From a virus, in the IMG/VR virus record IMGVR_UViG_3300045988_005695: a stretch of DNA of 41,494 nt; one strand, 5' to 3'. Shown here piece by piece: positions 7,647 through 17,221 of the stretch. The stretch's first letter is position 1; every line of letters starts with the position of its first letter. The translations under genes and the position numbers were made by a program. The notes under the pieces are model-generated. The model had not been told where the DNA came from and searched no databases. It saw only the letters and a list, made by a program, of their open reading frames with translations.

Positions 7647-7883
7647 ATGGCGAGTTTGCGCGCCCTTGCACACAAGCTGCAAACAGCGCTCTTGTACAAC
7701 GGAATCAAAATAAAAATCAATCAAATGCAGACTTATTCCGCAAAAAATGACAGGATGGTGACGAAATACATGGTTTACGAATATCGACCTGATGAAAAGC
7801 CGAAGAACGTCACTCTGCTGGAAACGTACCAGATTGCGGATGTGGTGAAGCTGCTGGCCGGACTTTACAGCGATGGCGGATGA
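7647..7883 (+). CDS. Hypothetical protein upstream of terminase
   Basis: AAAGGAG RBS at 7635-7641 precedes the ATG at 7647. The ORF maximum starts at 7626. Confidence 0.5.
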   Translation: MASLRALAHKLQTALLYNGIKIKINQMQTYSAKNDRMVTKYMVYEYRPDEKPKNVTLLETYQIADVVKLLAGLYSDGG

Positions 7884-8289
7884 AAAGCTTACGCCGAAGC
7901 AGAAACGATTCTGCGAAGAATATTTAAAATCCGGCAATGCCACAGAAGCGGCGAAAAAAGCAGGGTATAAAGAAAAGGCAGCGCACAGCATGGGCGCGGA
8001 AAACCTTAGAAAACCTGCAATTTCTGCATATATCAAGCGCAGAACGGACGAACAAGAGGCTGCGCTTGTCGCAGATTCCAACGAAATTCTGAAATTTTAC
8101 ACTGCGGTCATGCGCGGGGAGGTCAAAGACCAGTTCGGCATGGACGCATCGCTGTCCGACCGGTTGAAAGCCGGTGACAGTCTTATGAAACGCTACGCAG
8201 CTGCTTCCGACCGCAACAGGACGACAATGGAGAAGCTTGACTCGATGCTGAAGGAGTTCCAAGATGCTGTTAAGTCCGAAACAACGTGA
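7873..8289 (+). CDS. terS: Terminase small subunit
   Basis: LTPKQKRFCEEYLKSGNATEAAKKAGY is the classic TerS HTH. It lies directly upstream of the large subunit. Confidence 0.85.
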   Translation: MADEKLTPKQKRFCEEYLKSGNATEAAKKAGYKEKAAHSMGAENLRKPAISAYIKRRTDEQEAALVADSNEILKFYTAVMRGEVKDQFGMDASLSDRLKAGDSLMKRYAAASDRNRTTMEKLDSMLKEFQDAVKSETT

Positions 8290-9520
8290 ATTTGTAAAAT
8301 ACGGGACGCATCGATGGAACTTCAAGGGCGGAGCCACCAGAAGTGGGAAGACTTACCTCGATTTTCGATGGATCATACCGATCCGGATTCGTGAGCGAAT
8401 CGGGAAAGATGGTCTGGCCGTCATTCTCGGCGTAACAAAATCCACGATTGAGCGAAATGTGCTGGAGCCGATGCGGAACATTTACGGGGACGAGCTTGTC
8501 GGCACGATCTCAAGCGACAATACGTCATGGATATTCGGAGAGAAATGTTACTGCCTCGGCGCCGAGAAGGTTTCCCAAGTTTCCAAGATTCGCGGTGCGT
8601 CGATTAAATATTGCTATGGGGACGAAGTAGCTGATTGGTCGGAAGAAGTATTCGCGCTGCTGAAAAGCCGCCTTGACAAAGAATACTCCTGTTTCGATGG
8701 GACATACAATCCGCAGTATCCGAATCACTGGCTGAAAAGATTCTTGGACAGTGACGCGGACATTTTCAGCCAAACATACACGATAGACGATAACCCCTTT
8801 TTGCCGTCTGCGTTTGTAGAAAATCTGAAACGCGAGTACGAAGGAACCGTTTACTATGATCGCTACATCCGTGGGATCTGGGTAGCCGCGGAGGGTATTG
8901 TTTACAAGGACTTTGCTAACGACACAGAAAAGTATCTGATTGATGATCCTATAAAATGGGCGGAAGAAAACGATACAAAATTTTCTGTTATTTCCATTGG
9001 CGTTGACTTCGGTGGAACGAAGTCTGCAACGAAATTTCAAGCTACCGGGATTACAAAAGATTTCCGGGTTGTGGCGTTGGAAGAAGAATACATCAAAAAC
9101 GAAGAAATTGACCCAGATGCGTTAAACCGGCGTTTTGCTACGTTCTGTCAACTGATAACATCAAAGTATGGTTACAGCCAGACACGAGCGGATAGCGCGG
9201 AAACGGTGCTTATACGAGGTCTAGATCACACGGCGCAAAAACTCCGGCTGGGTACCCAGGTCAAGAACGCGCTGAAAATGCAGATCACAGACAGGATCAG
9301 GCTTGTCGTGCTTCTGATGAAGCAAGGCAGGCTCAAGGTTTCGCGGAACTGCCCGCATTTGATCGATGCGTTCCAATCAGCCATTTATGACCCGGATAAG
9401 TTCGAGGACGAGCGTCTTGACGATGGGACATCCGATATTGATAGCCTCGATGCGTTTGAGTACAGTATAGAGCCTTATTACAAAGACCTGGAACGCGCCG
9501 GGCATATGATAGGACGGTGA
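8264..9520 (+). CDS. terL: Terminase large subunit (PBSX/XtmB-like)
   Basis: Walker A GGATRSGKT. Size and position fit. A nuclease-half acidic motif is present. Confidence 0.92.
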   Translation: MLLSPKQREFVKYGTHRWNFKGGATRSGKTYLDFRWIIPIRIRERIGKDGLAVILGVTKSTIERNVLEPMRNIYGDELVGTISSDNTSWIFGEKCYCLGAEKVSQVSKIRGASIKYCYGDEVADWSEEVFALLKSRLDKEYSCFDGTYNPQYPNHWLKRFLDSDADIFSQTYTIDDNPFLPSAFVENLKREYEGTVYYDRYIRGIWVAAEGIVYKDFANDTEKYLIDDPIKWAEENDTKFSVISIGVDFGGTKSATKFQATGITKDFRVVALEEEYIKNEEIDPDALNRRFATFCQLITSKYGYSQTRADSAETVLIRGLDHTAQKLRLGTQVKNALKMQITDRIRLVVLLMKQGRLKVSRNCPHLIDAFQSAIYDPDKFEDERLDDGTSDIDSLDAFEYSIEPYYKDLERAGHMIGR

Positions 9521-9524
9521 AAGA

Positions 9525-10928
9525 GTGAACATACGCAGAGCATTAAAGGAGCTGGGCTTCGATACAGTTGGCATTGATTTCTACAAGCTGATCGGCGTGT
9601 GGGGAGACTGGTACGAAGGGAATGTCGAGGACTTCCACAGTTACACGGTATGGAATGGCATTGAGGAATTGGAATGCCACAGATATTCCGTAAGCATGGC
9701 GAAAAAGGTCTGCGAGGACTGGGCAAACCTGCTGATGAACGAGCGGGTAAACATCACGCTCGAGGGGAAGAAGGAGCAGGAGTTCGTAGACACGATTCTC
9801 TCGGAAAACAATTGGAAGATCAAGGCGAACGAATCGCAGGAGCGAAAAGCAGCGATTGGAACGATCGCGTATGTTCCGGTCATTGAGGGAATGTCCGTCA
9901 ATCCGGACACTTCCGAAATTGTTGATCCTGGGCGCATCCGTATCAACTATGTCAGCGCGACGAACATTTATCCCCTGACATGGGACAATGGAATCATCAG
10001 GGAGTGTGCGTTTGCCTCCACAAAAAAGGTTGACGATACAGAGTACACATACATCCAAGTTCACAGGCTGAACGGCGGCGAGTACGACATCGAGAATCAT
10101 TTGTATGATTCCGAAGAAGTCCCTCTGACCAGTGTAAAGGGCTTTGAAACAATCCCGCCTGTTGTACACACAGGGAGCGACAAGCCGCAGTTTGTCATTG
10201 ACAGACTGAATATCGCGAACTCCGATGAAAATAACCCACTTGGCGTGGCGGTGTTCGCATATGCCATCGACCAGCTCAAGAGCGTTGACATCACCTATGA
10301 TAGCTATGTGAACGAATTTGTGTTGGGCAAGAAGCGCATTGTGGTGCAGCCGGAGGCAACCAAGAGCATTGACGGCCGGCCAGTGTTTGATAAGCGTGAG
10401 ACCGTTTATTATGTACTTCCGGAGGACAGAGGCGGCAACGGCAACATCTTGCAGCAGGTCGATATGTCGCTGCGGACGGCGGAGTTCAACACCGGTATGC
10501 AGGATATGCTGAATATTCTTTCCAGCAAGTGCGGCTTCGGTGAAAATCATTACAAGTTCGATCAGGGAAGTATTGCTACAGCGACGCAGGTTATCAGCGA
10601 GAACAGCACCATGTTCCGAACGATCAAGAAGCATGAGATTTTGCTTGAACAGGCAATCACAGAGCTTTGCAGGACGCTGCTCCGCATGGGGAACAGGTAC
10701 ATGGAAGCTGGCCTGAATGAGGAAGTACAGATTTCCGTAGACTTTGACGATTCAATCATTGAGGACAAGCAGACGGACTTCTTGCGCGATATGCAGCTTC
10801 TCAGTGCAGGCATCATGAACGACTGGGAGTTTCGCATGAAGTGGATGAACGAGGACGAGGCGACCGCAAAGGCGGCGCTGCCGAAGGCGCAGGACATGTT
10901 GACTGAACGGCAACAGGAGGTAGAGTAA
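9525..10928 (+). CDS. Portal protein (SPP1 gp6-like)
   Basis: 467 aa, immediately after TerL. Typical size and order. Confidence 0.85.
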   Translation: MNIRRALKELGFDTVGIDFYKLIGVWGDWYEGNVEDFHSYTVWNGIEELECHRYSVSMAKKVCEDWANLLMNERVNITLEGKKEQEFVDTILSENNWKIKANESQERKAAIGTIAYVPVIEGMSVNPDTSEIVDPGRIRINYVSATNIYPLTWDNGIIRECAFASTKKVDDTEYTYIQVHRLNGGEYDIENHLYDSEEVPLTSVKGFETIPPVVHTGSDKPQFVIDRLNIANSDENNPLGVAVFAYAIDQLKSVDITYDSYVNEFVLGKKRIVVQPEATKSIDGRPVFDKRETVYYVLPEDRGGNGNILQQVDMSLRTAEFNTGMQDMLNILSSKCGFGENHYKFDQGSIATATQVISENSTMFRTIKKHEILLEQAITELCRTLLRMGNRYMEAGLNEEVQISVDFDDSIIEDKQTDFLRDMQLLSAGIMNDWEFRMKWMNEDEATAKAALPKAQDMLTERQQEVE

Positions 10929-11056
10929 TGGGAGATGAAAAAGTTCCTGCGGGAACGACATTCTGGGTAAACGCCGGTGACGCCGCTGCGCCAGAATGGA
11001 GAGTATTCGGAACAACAGCTGACGATGCTGACGATAAAGAATCAAACGGAACATGA
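10928..11056 (+). CDS. Small acidic hypothetical protein (42 aa)
   Basis: Coupled to its neighbours at both ends (TAATG and ATGA). Confidence 0.3.
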   Translation: MGDEKVPAGTTFWVNAGDAAAPEWRVFGTTADDADDKESNGT

Positions 11057-12246
11057 GCCATTACCCATTTACGCCTGCCTTGCTCGACGCACTCCCAGAA
11101 GAACTTGCCGAACTATTCCGGGGGCTGGAAGATACGCTCCTCGATGAGATATGCAGTAGGCTTGCACTGAAAGATCAGCTGAACGAAGTGACTGTTCAAG
11201 CAATCCGGGCGCTTCGCTCGCATGGTATCGACACGAAAGAGATTGAAAAAGCAATCCGCAAGACCTCCGGAATCGGTGAGAAGAAGCTCAAGGAGCTTTT
11301 CGACGATGTTATTGCCAGAAACCAGAAGTATTACACATCGGTTATCGACATGGCAGGGCTGACACAGCCTGATAGTCTGGTGAACGCTGCGACTATCGAA
11401 GCGATCAGAACGCAGACGCTTGATGAATTTCACAACATCACGCAGTCTATGGGATTCTTGGTGGGCAAAGGCAGGACGATGCTCCCGCCCGCGCGTGCGT
11501 ATCAGTGGTCGTTGGATTCTGCTGTTATGCAGATTCAGAGCGGGGCGATCAGCTACAACCAAGCGATCAAGTCTGCGGTGCAGCAGCTTGCAGGTGGCCT
11601 GAAAGTCGTGAACTACGAAAGCGGACACGCTGACAACATCGATGTTGCTGTTCGGAGAGCTGTCATGACCGGCGTGAATCAGATCTGCGACCAGTACACG
11701 AACCAAAGCGCAGAGTACCTTGATACGAGATACTTTGAAGTGTCTGCGCACTCTGGGGCGCGTGACAAGCCGGGTGCTTCGCCGTGGTCAAGCCACAAGG
11801 ACTGGCAAGGGAAAGTCTATTACCAGAGCGAAAGCGGCGAGCCTGACCCGCTGGGGCTTTACGATGACCTTGTGGAAACGACCGGTTACGGATATGTTGA
11901 CGGTCTGACGGGTGCAAACTGTAGGCATCACAAATACCCGTTTATTCCGGGAGTTTCGGAGCGAACTTACACAGACGAACAGCTTGAGCATATCGACGAT
12001 GGTCTTGGCTGCACGTTTGACGGAAAGACTTACACAGCCTATGAAGCGACGCAGATGCAACGCCGAATAGAACGGCAAATCCGCGCGCAGAAGAAGCTTA
12101 GAAACGCATACAAAGAAGCTGGGCTTCCCGAAGACGCGACCGCCGCAAACATAAAGCTTCGGCGGCTGAGCGCAAAATATAGCAAATTCAGTAAGGCGGC
12201 AGGATTGCCGGAGCAACCAGAAAGAACAAAAGTTTTCTACAAATAA
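11053..12246 (+). CDS. Head morphogenesis / minor capsid protein (SPP1 gp7 / Mu F-like)
   Basis: Position after the portal, and size of 397 aa. Confidence 0.7.
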   Translation: MSHYPFTPALLDALPEELAELFRGLEDTLLDEICSRLALKDQLNEVTVQAIRALRSHGIDTKEIEKAIRKTSGIGEKKLKELFDDVIARNQKYYTSVIDMAGLTQPDSLVNAATIEAIRTQTLDEFHNITQSMGFLVGKGRTMLPPARAYQWSLDSAVMQIQSGAISYNQAIKSAVQQLAGGLKVVNYESGHADNIDVAVRRAVMTGVNQICDQYTNQSAEYLDTRYFEVSAHSGARDKPGASPWSSHKDWQGKVYYQSESGEPDPLGLYDDLVETTGYGYVDGLTGANCRHHKYPFIPGVSERTYTDEQLEHIDDGLGCTFDGKTYTAYEATQMQRRIERQIRAQKKLRNAYKEAGLPEDATAANIKLRRLSAKYSKFSKAAGLPEQPERTKVFYK

Positions 12247-12255
12247 TTTACAGGT

Positions 12256-12281
12256 AAAACCCGCGAGGCACTGCGGTTTTT
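12256..12281 (+). terminator. Weak terminator-like hairpin
   Basis: AAAACCCGC-loop-GCGGTTTTT. Confidence 0.35.
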
Positions 12282-12331
12282 ATACAATCTATCGCCGCGA
12301 CGAACTGCGGACAAAGGAAAGGAAGATAAAA

Positions 12332-12925
12332 ATGGCACTGACCAGAAAATTACTGAAAGGCATGGGACTCACCGACGAACAGGTGGACACCATCATTGAA
12401 GCACATACCGATACCGTAGACGGCTTGAAGGCTGATGTCAGCAAGTACAAGTCTGATGCGGAGAAACTGCCCGACGTTCAAAAGCAGTTGGACGACCTCA
12501 AGGCGGCGGGCGATGGCGGATATAAGGAGAAGTACGAAAAGGAACACTCGGACTTCGAGGCTTATAAATCCGGCATTACAGCAAAGGAAAGCAAGGCGGC
12601 AAAGGAAAAGGCTGTTCGGGCTTACTTTGAGAGCAAAAATATCACAGGCGCAAATCTCAATCTTGCCATGCGCGGCTGCGGTGAGGAAATGACCGCATTG
12701 GAGATGGACGGTGAGAAAATCAAGGACACAAAGAGCCTTGATGCACTTATCGAAGGAACTTACAAGGGGCTTGTCTCCAAACCTTCTGTCCGTGTGGACA
12801 TGGGCGCACGGCTCAGCGACGGCGGCAAGGCGATGACGAAAGACGAGATCATGCAAATCACTGACAGAGCGGAGCGGCGCGCTGCAATCGCCGCAAATAT
12901 GGATTTGTTTAGAAAGGAAGAATAA
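12332..12925 (+). CDS. Scaffolding protein
   Basis: Charged, coiled-coil-rich protein immediately upstream of the major capsid gene. Confidence 0.7.
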   Translation: MALTRKLLKGMGLTDEQVDTIIEAHTDTVDGLKADVSKYKSDAEKLPDVQKQLDDLKAAGDGGYKEKYEKEHSDFEAYKSGITAKESKAAKEKAVRAYFESKNITGANLNLAMRGCGEEMTALEMDGEKIKDTKSLDALIEGTYKGLVSKPSVRVDMGARLSDGGKAMTKDEIMQITDRAERRAAIAANMDLFRKEE

Positions 12926-12927
12926 AA

Positions 12928-13794
12928 ATGGCTGTTGATCCTAAGCTGATTAAAAAAGCTGATCTTGCGCGAGTTCGCGAGATCGAATTTACCGAAATGT
13001 TCGGCTATTCCATCAAGAAGCTGATGGAGGTTCTTGGCGTTACCCGCAAAATCGCAAAGCAGGCTGGCACCGTGCTCAAGAGCTACAAGGCTACCGGCAC
13101 GCTGGAAGATGGTGCTGTGGCGGAAGGTGAAACCATTCCCCTGAGCAAGTACAAAACGGAGCCCGTGAACTATCGGGAGATCACGCTCAAGAAGTGGAGA
13201 AAGGCAACGTCTGCGGAGGCTATCACTGACCGTGGCTACGATCAGGCGGTGGAAATGACCACAGACGAAATGCTCAAGGACGTGCAGAAGGGCATCCGGA
13301 AGGACTTTTTTACGTTCCTCGCCACCGGCACAGGAACGGCAACGGGCGCGACCTTCCAGGCTACCCTTGCGCAGGCGTGGGGGCAGTTGCAGGTTCTGTT
13401 CGAGGACGACGAGATCGGTGCGGTTTATTTCCTGAACCCTCTGGATGTGGCAGACTACCTCGCAACGGCGAACATTACCTTGCAGACCGCTTTCGGAATG
13501 ACCTACGTGGAGAATTTCCTCGGTCTTGGCACTGTAATCTTCAATTCCAGTGTTCCGAAGGGTAAGATCTACGCTACGGCGAAGGACAACATTGTTCTGT
13601 ATTATATCCCCGTGAACGGCGCAGATCTTGGCGAAGTGTTTGACTTCACCACCGACGCAACCGGCTATATCGGCATCCATGAGGAGCCGGACTACACCAA
13701 CATGACCGCCTCCGATACCGTTATCAACGGTATGGCGCTGTTTGCAGAGCGCATGGACGGCATCGTAGTCGGCACGATCTCGTCGGGGGGTTAA
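12928..13794 (+). CDS. Major capsid protein
   Basis: 288 aa, following the scaffold. Strong codon bias. Confidence 0.8.
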   Translation: MAVDPKLIKKADLARVREIEFTEMFGYSIKKLMEVLGVTRKIAKQAGTVLKSYKATGTLEDGAVAEGETIPLSKYKTEPVNYREITLKKWRKATSAEAITDRGYDQAVEMTTDEMLKDVQKGIRKDFFTFLATGTGTATGATFQATLAQAWGQLQVLFEDDEIGAVYFLNPLDVADYLATANITLQTAFGMTYVENFLGLGTVIFNSSVPKGKIYATAKDNIVLYYIPVNGADLGEVFDFTTDATGYIGIHEEPDYTNMTASDTVINGMALFAERMDGIVVGTISSGG

Positions 13795-13841
13795 ATGAAC
13801 TGTTGAGAGCGCCTGCCTCTGAACCGCCCACGTTTTCCGGC

Positions 13842-13949
13842 ATGACGAAAGCGCAGCTTCTTGATTATGCTGAGGAAAACGGGGTGGAAGGGGTCAACAG
13901 TTCCATGAAAAAGGCTGAAATTCTGGCTGTTCTGGAAGGGGTGGAGTGA
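13842..13949 (+). CDS. Small HeH/Rho-N-like domain protein
   Basis: MTKAQLLDYAEENGVEGVNSSMKKAEILAVLEG matches the SAP/HeH pattern. A possible TTG start lies at 13803. Confidence 0.45.
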   Translation: MTKAQLLDYAEENGVEGVNSSMKKAEILAVLEGVE

Positions 13950-14389
13950 TGATCTACGCTGATTATGAATACTACTGCGGCACTTACATGGGAACTGTAG
14001 ACGCGGATAGTTTTTGCAGATTGGCGACACGCGCCAGTTCCTTCCTCGACTACTACACGCAAAACCGAGTAAAGAATTTTGCGGAGCTGGATGCTGTAAA
14101 AATGTGCTGCTGTGCCTTAGTCGACCAGTATATGCTGATCGACACGGCACAGGAACTTGCCAGAAAGAATGTGTCCGCCGGGCTTGCATCTGACGAAGGA
14201 GAATTGCAGAGCGAGACTGTAGGCGGCTATTCCCGGACGTTTCGCAGCGGCGGCGATTCTTCCGTAGCTGCATTGAAAGCGGCTTCGGAGGCGAAGAACG
14301 CACTTGCAAGCGTAGCGCGTGAATATCTGGCCCATACCGGGCTTCTCTACAGAGGCAGGTGTTTTGCATGTACGCCCCACACACTGTAA
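13949..14389 (+). CDS. Head-tail connector (gp6-like adaptor), putative
   Basis: Position and size fit. TGATG-coupled start. Confidence 0.5.
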   Translation: MIYADYEYYCGTYMGTVDADSFCRLATRASSFLDYYTQNRVKNFAELDAVKMCCCALVDQYMLIDTAQELARKNVSAGLASDEGELQSETVGGYSRTFRSGGDSSVAALKAASEAKNALASVAREYLAHTGLLYRGRCFACTPHTL

Positions 14390-14823
14390 CCATCTACAAC
14401 GTCACGCAGGAGCAAGACCAGGACTTTAAGGACACGCAGAAACGCTATATCACAGTGATTCGCGGCGTAATGCTCCAAGCATCGAAAGCCGCCAATGTCC
14501 GCGCGAGCGGGCTTGAAGGAGCAGACGCGGTGAATCTGTACATTCCGTTTTCTGCGGCTGCTGTAGACGGCGTGACAGGTGCGGAAAAGCGCTACGTCGG
14601 CCCGCAGGAATTCTGGCGATCAGCCGATAAAAGCGGCCTGTGGACGCTTTCCACGGACGGCAACGGCGGCACGACATTTTTTATCAAGGGCGAAGTCGTA
14701 GAGCCGGACAAAACCGAGCAGACGCTAGAAATGCTCTATGACGACGTTTACAAGGTTACGAAGGTCGACCGGAAGGACTACGGCAGCGCCGACATGAGAC
14801 ACTTTGAGGTCGGAGGAGCCTGA
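14368..14823 (+). CDS. Head-tail joining protein, putative
   Basis: Assigned by gene order only. Confidence 0.45.
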   Translation: MYAPHTVTIYNVTQEQDQDFKDTQKRYITVIRGVMLQASKAANVRASGLEGADAVNLYIPFSAAAVDGVTGAEKRYVGPQEFWRSADKSGLWTLSTDGNGGTTFFIKGEVVEPDKTEQTLEMLYDDVYKVTKVDRKDYGSADMRHFEVGGA

Positions 14824-14824
14824 T

Positions 14825-15235
14825 ATGCTGAAATTCAGCGTAAAAGCAGACGGATTTGACGCGCTGCAGGAAAAGATCGCGCAGGCCTGCACCAAAGCAG
14901 AGCATATTGTTGCAACGCAGGTGCGGAAGGACACAAGCCCATATGTGCCGTTCCTGACTGGGTCTCTCGACGAGAGGACGCAGGTTGTGGGAAATTCTGT
15001 TGTCTACCCCGGCCCGTATGCGCGATTTTTGTACTATGGGAAAGTCATGGTAGATCCGGAGACCGGTAGCACATACGCGCCGAAGGGCGGCACGAAAGTG
15101 CTAACCGACAAAAACCTTGTGTTTAACAAATCCGGACACGCACAGGCGCAGGCGCACTGGTTCGAGGCGTCCAAGGCCGAAAACCTTGATAAATGGATCC
15201 GTGTTGCGGATAAGGCGGTGAAAAATGGCCTCTGA
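14825..15235 (+). CDS. HK97 gp10-like / minor capsid-type tail-head joining protein
   Basis: DTSPYVPFLTGSL ... YARFLYYG matches the family pattern. Gene order fits. Confidence 0.55.
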   Translation: MLKFSVKADGFDALQEKIAQACTKAEHIVATQVRKDTSPYVPFLTGSLDERTQVVGNSVVYPGPYARFLYYGKVMVDPETGSTYAPKGGTKVLTDKNLVFNKSGHAQAQAHWFEASKAENLDKWIRVADKAVKNGL

Positions 15236-15680
15236 AAAGCAAAGAAAACTGGTATCCGCAAAGGAAGAGCAGGACATTGCCCGAAAAATGATGATCTGGG
15301 CAAACGCCTTTTCCGATGACGACATGCCAGCTGCAACGATCAACTATGAATTTCTTGCTGCGGATTCTGCAAGTATGGCGCTGTCCACTATTCAGGGCAC
15401 GTATATCACGCAGAAATACATCCTCGGCGGGCATGAAGCGGAATACCAATTTAAGATCATCGCCCGCATTATTCCCGGAAACAGCAACGACAAGCGCCTG
15501 AAATGTGACGCCATGCTGAATCGTTTTGGGGACTGGGCAATGCAAAACTACCCGTCTCTTGGCGATGGGATGCGCGTCAGGCGCGTGGAAGCGTCCAGCC
15601 GCGCGGCAATGTTCGCCCGGTACGAAGATGGCTCGGAAGACCATCAAATTCTTATGAAACTGACATATGAGGTGATTTAA
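15225..15680 (+). CDS. Tail completion / terminator protein, putative
   Basis: Assigned by gene order, directly upstream of the major tail gene. Confidence 0.45.
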   Translation: MASEKQRKLVSAKEEQDIARKMMIWANAFSDDDMPAATINYEFLAADSASMALSTIQGTYITQKYILGGHEAEYQFKIIARIIPGNSNDKRLKCDAMLNRFGDWAMQNYPSLGDGMRVRRVEASSRAAMFARYEDGSEDHQILMKLTYEVI

Positions 15681-15682
15681 TT

Positions 15683-16216
15683 ATGGCAGACATGACCTTT
15701 AATACCACTGCTGGCCAGACCATTGACCGCGAATTGCTGATCGCATACCTGAATACCGGCGAGGCGTCTACGCCTGTCTGGTCTCCGTTCGGCAAGCGCG
15801 TCACAGATTCCAGCATGGAGTACGACTGGCAGGAGGATTCCAGTAAGGATATCCTCGGCACTACAAGAACCACCATGAAGAAGCCCATCATCACGCAGAG
15901 CTTTGACCCGTGCGAGCTGGACGCAGGCGACGCGGCGCTTGTCAAGCTGTGGAACCTGGCTATCAAAGACCAGGACGCAGCAGCACTGGCGAATCAGGAC
16001 GTTCTTATCGTTCATTTTTACGCAGGCACAGCCAAGACAGCAGTCTTCGCGGAGCGTTACGACAGCACAATGGTCAAGTCCGTACGCCTCGGCGGTGAGG
16101 GTGGCGGTTTTGTTGGCATGCCGTTCGATGTGACGCTGGGCGGTACGCGCACGACCGGAACGGCTGCGGTCGGCAGCAACGGTGCAGTTACGTTCACGGC
16201 TGATTCTGCTGCGTAA
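15683..16216 (+). CDS. Major tail protein
   Basis: Position upstream of the chaperone pair and the tape measure. 177 aa. Confidence 0.65.
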   Translation: MADMTFNTTAGQTIDRELLIAYLNTGEASTPVWSPFGKRVTDSSMEYDWQEDSSKDILGTTRTTMKKPIITQSFDPCELDAGDAALVKLWNLAIKDQDAAALANQDVLIVHFYAGTAKTAVFAERYDSTMVKSVRLGGEGGGFVGMPFDVTLGGTRTTGTAAVGSNGAVTFTADSAA

Positions 16217-16229
16217 GGAGGGGCTATAA

Positions 16230-16655
16230 ATGGCAGATATCAGATTTGATACTGGTGTACAGTCCTTCCAAATTAACGGCGGCGTGAGTGTAGAGTTCAA
16301 CCCTACGGACAGCGAATTCGCGAAAAAGCTGTTTTCGCTGTTCGAAGAGTTGGAATCCAGACAGCATGAATACGCAAAACGCGCCGAAAACGAGACGGAC
16401 CCGAAAAAAATTCTCGATTTGGCAGATCAGTTCGACACGGAGATTCGCGAAAAAATCGACGGAATTTTTGGAAAGCCGATTTGTACTGAAGTGTTCAGGA
16501 CAAACGTAATGGCGCTTGCAAATGGTCTGCCGGTATGGGCGAATCTTATGCTTGCTGTCATCGACGAGATGGACGCTGGTTTCGATCTCGAAAAAACCAG
16601 ACTGAGCCCAAGAGTAAAACAGTATACGGACAGATGGGCGAAAAGAAAGCGCTGA
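16230..16655 (+). CDS. Tail assembly chaperone (gpG-like)
   Basis: Position fits. The downstream ORF overlaps it in the -1 frame. Confidence 0.6.
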   Translation: MADIRFDTGVQSFQINGGVSVEFNPTDSEFAKKLFSLFEELESRQHEYAKRAENETDPKKILDLADQFDTEIREKIDGIFGKPICTEVFRTNVMALANGLPVWANLMLAVIDEMDAGFDLEKTRLSPRVKQYTDRWAKRKR

Positions 16656-17209
16656 TCTACGCGCTCCCGACGTCAGCCGAGATAAACGGCAAAACATATC
16701 AGATTGAATCAGATTATAGAGCGGTGCTGGATATCCTCGCCGCTCTTTCTGATAAAGATTTGACGGAAGAGGAGCGCGCCATTGCCGCCCTTGAGATATT
16801 CTACCCTGACTTTGACGATATTCCGTTTTCAGATTATGAGGAAGCACTGCGGAAATGTTTCAGGTTTATTGACCACGAGCAAGACCAAAAGGAGCAAAAA
16901 AAGAAGCCGACGTTGATGTCGTGGGAGCAGGACTTTGAGATGATTGTCGCACCCATCAACAGAATTGCAGGATGTGAAATCCGCGCACTAGAATATCTGC
17001 ACTGGTATACTTTTTTGTCCTATTATCAGGAAATTGGGGACTGCCTGTTCGCCCATGTGGTAAGTATCCGGGACAAGAAATCTCGCGGGAAGCCTCTTGA
17101 CAAGCAGGAACGAGAGTTCTACAGGCGAAACCGTGAAATTATTGATTTGAAAACGAATTACACAGACGCAGAAAAGGATATTCTGGCAGCGTGGGGCATC
17201 TCAAAATAA
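16634..17209 (+). CDS. Phage Gp15-family / gpT-like tail assembly protein
   Basis: Position between the chaperone and the tape measure. The open frame extends upstream to 16535 and overlaps the gpG-like ORF. Confidence 0.55.
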   Translation: MGEKKALIYALPTSAEINGKTYQIESDYRAVLDILAALSDKDLTEEERAIAALEIFYPDFDDIPFSDYEEALRKCFRFIDHEQDQKEQKKKPTLMSWEQDFEMIVAPINRIAGCEIRALEYLHWYTFLSYYQEIGDCLFAHVVSIRDKKSRGKPLDKQEREFYRRNREIIDLKTNYTDAEKDILAAWGISK

Positions 17210-17221
17210 GGTGGTGAGAAA

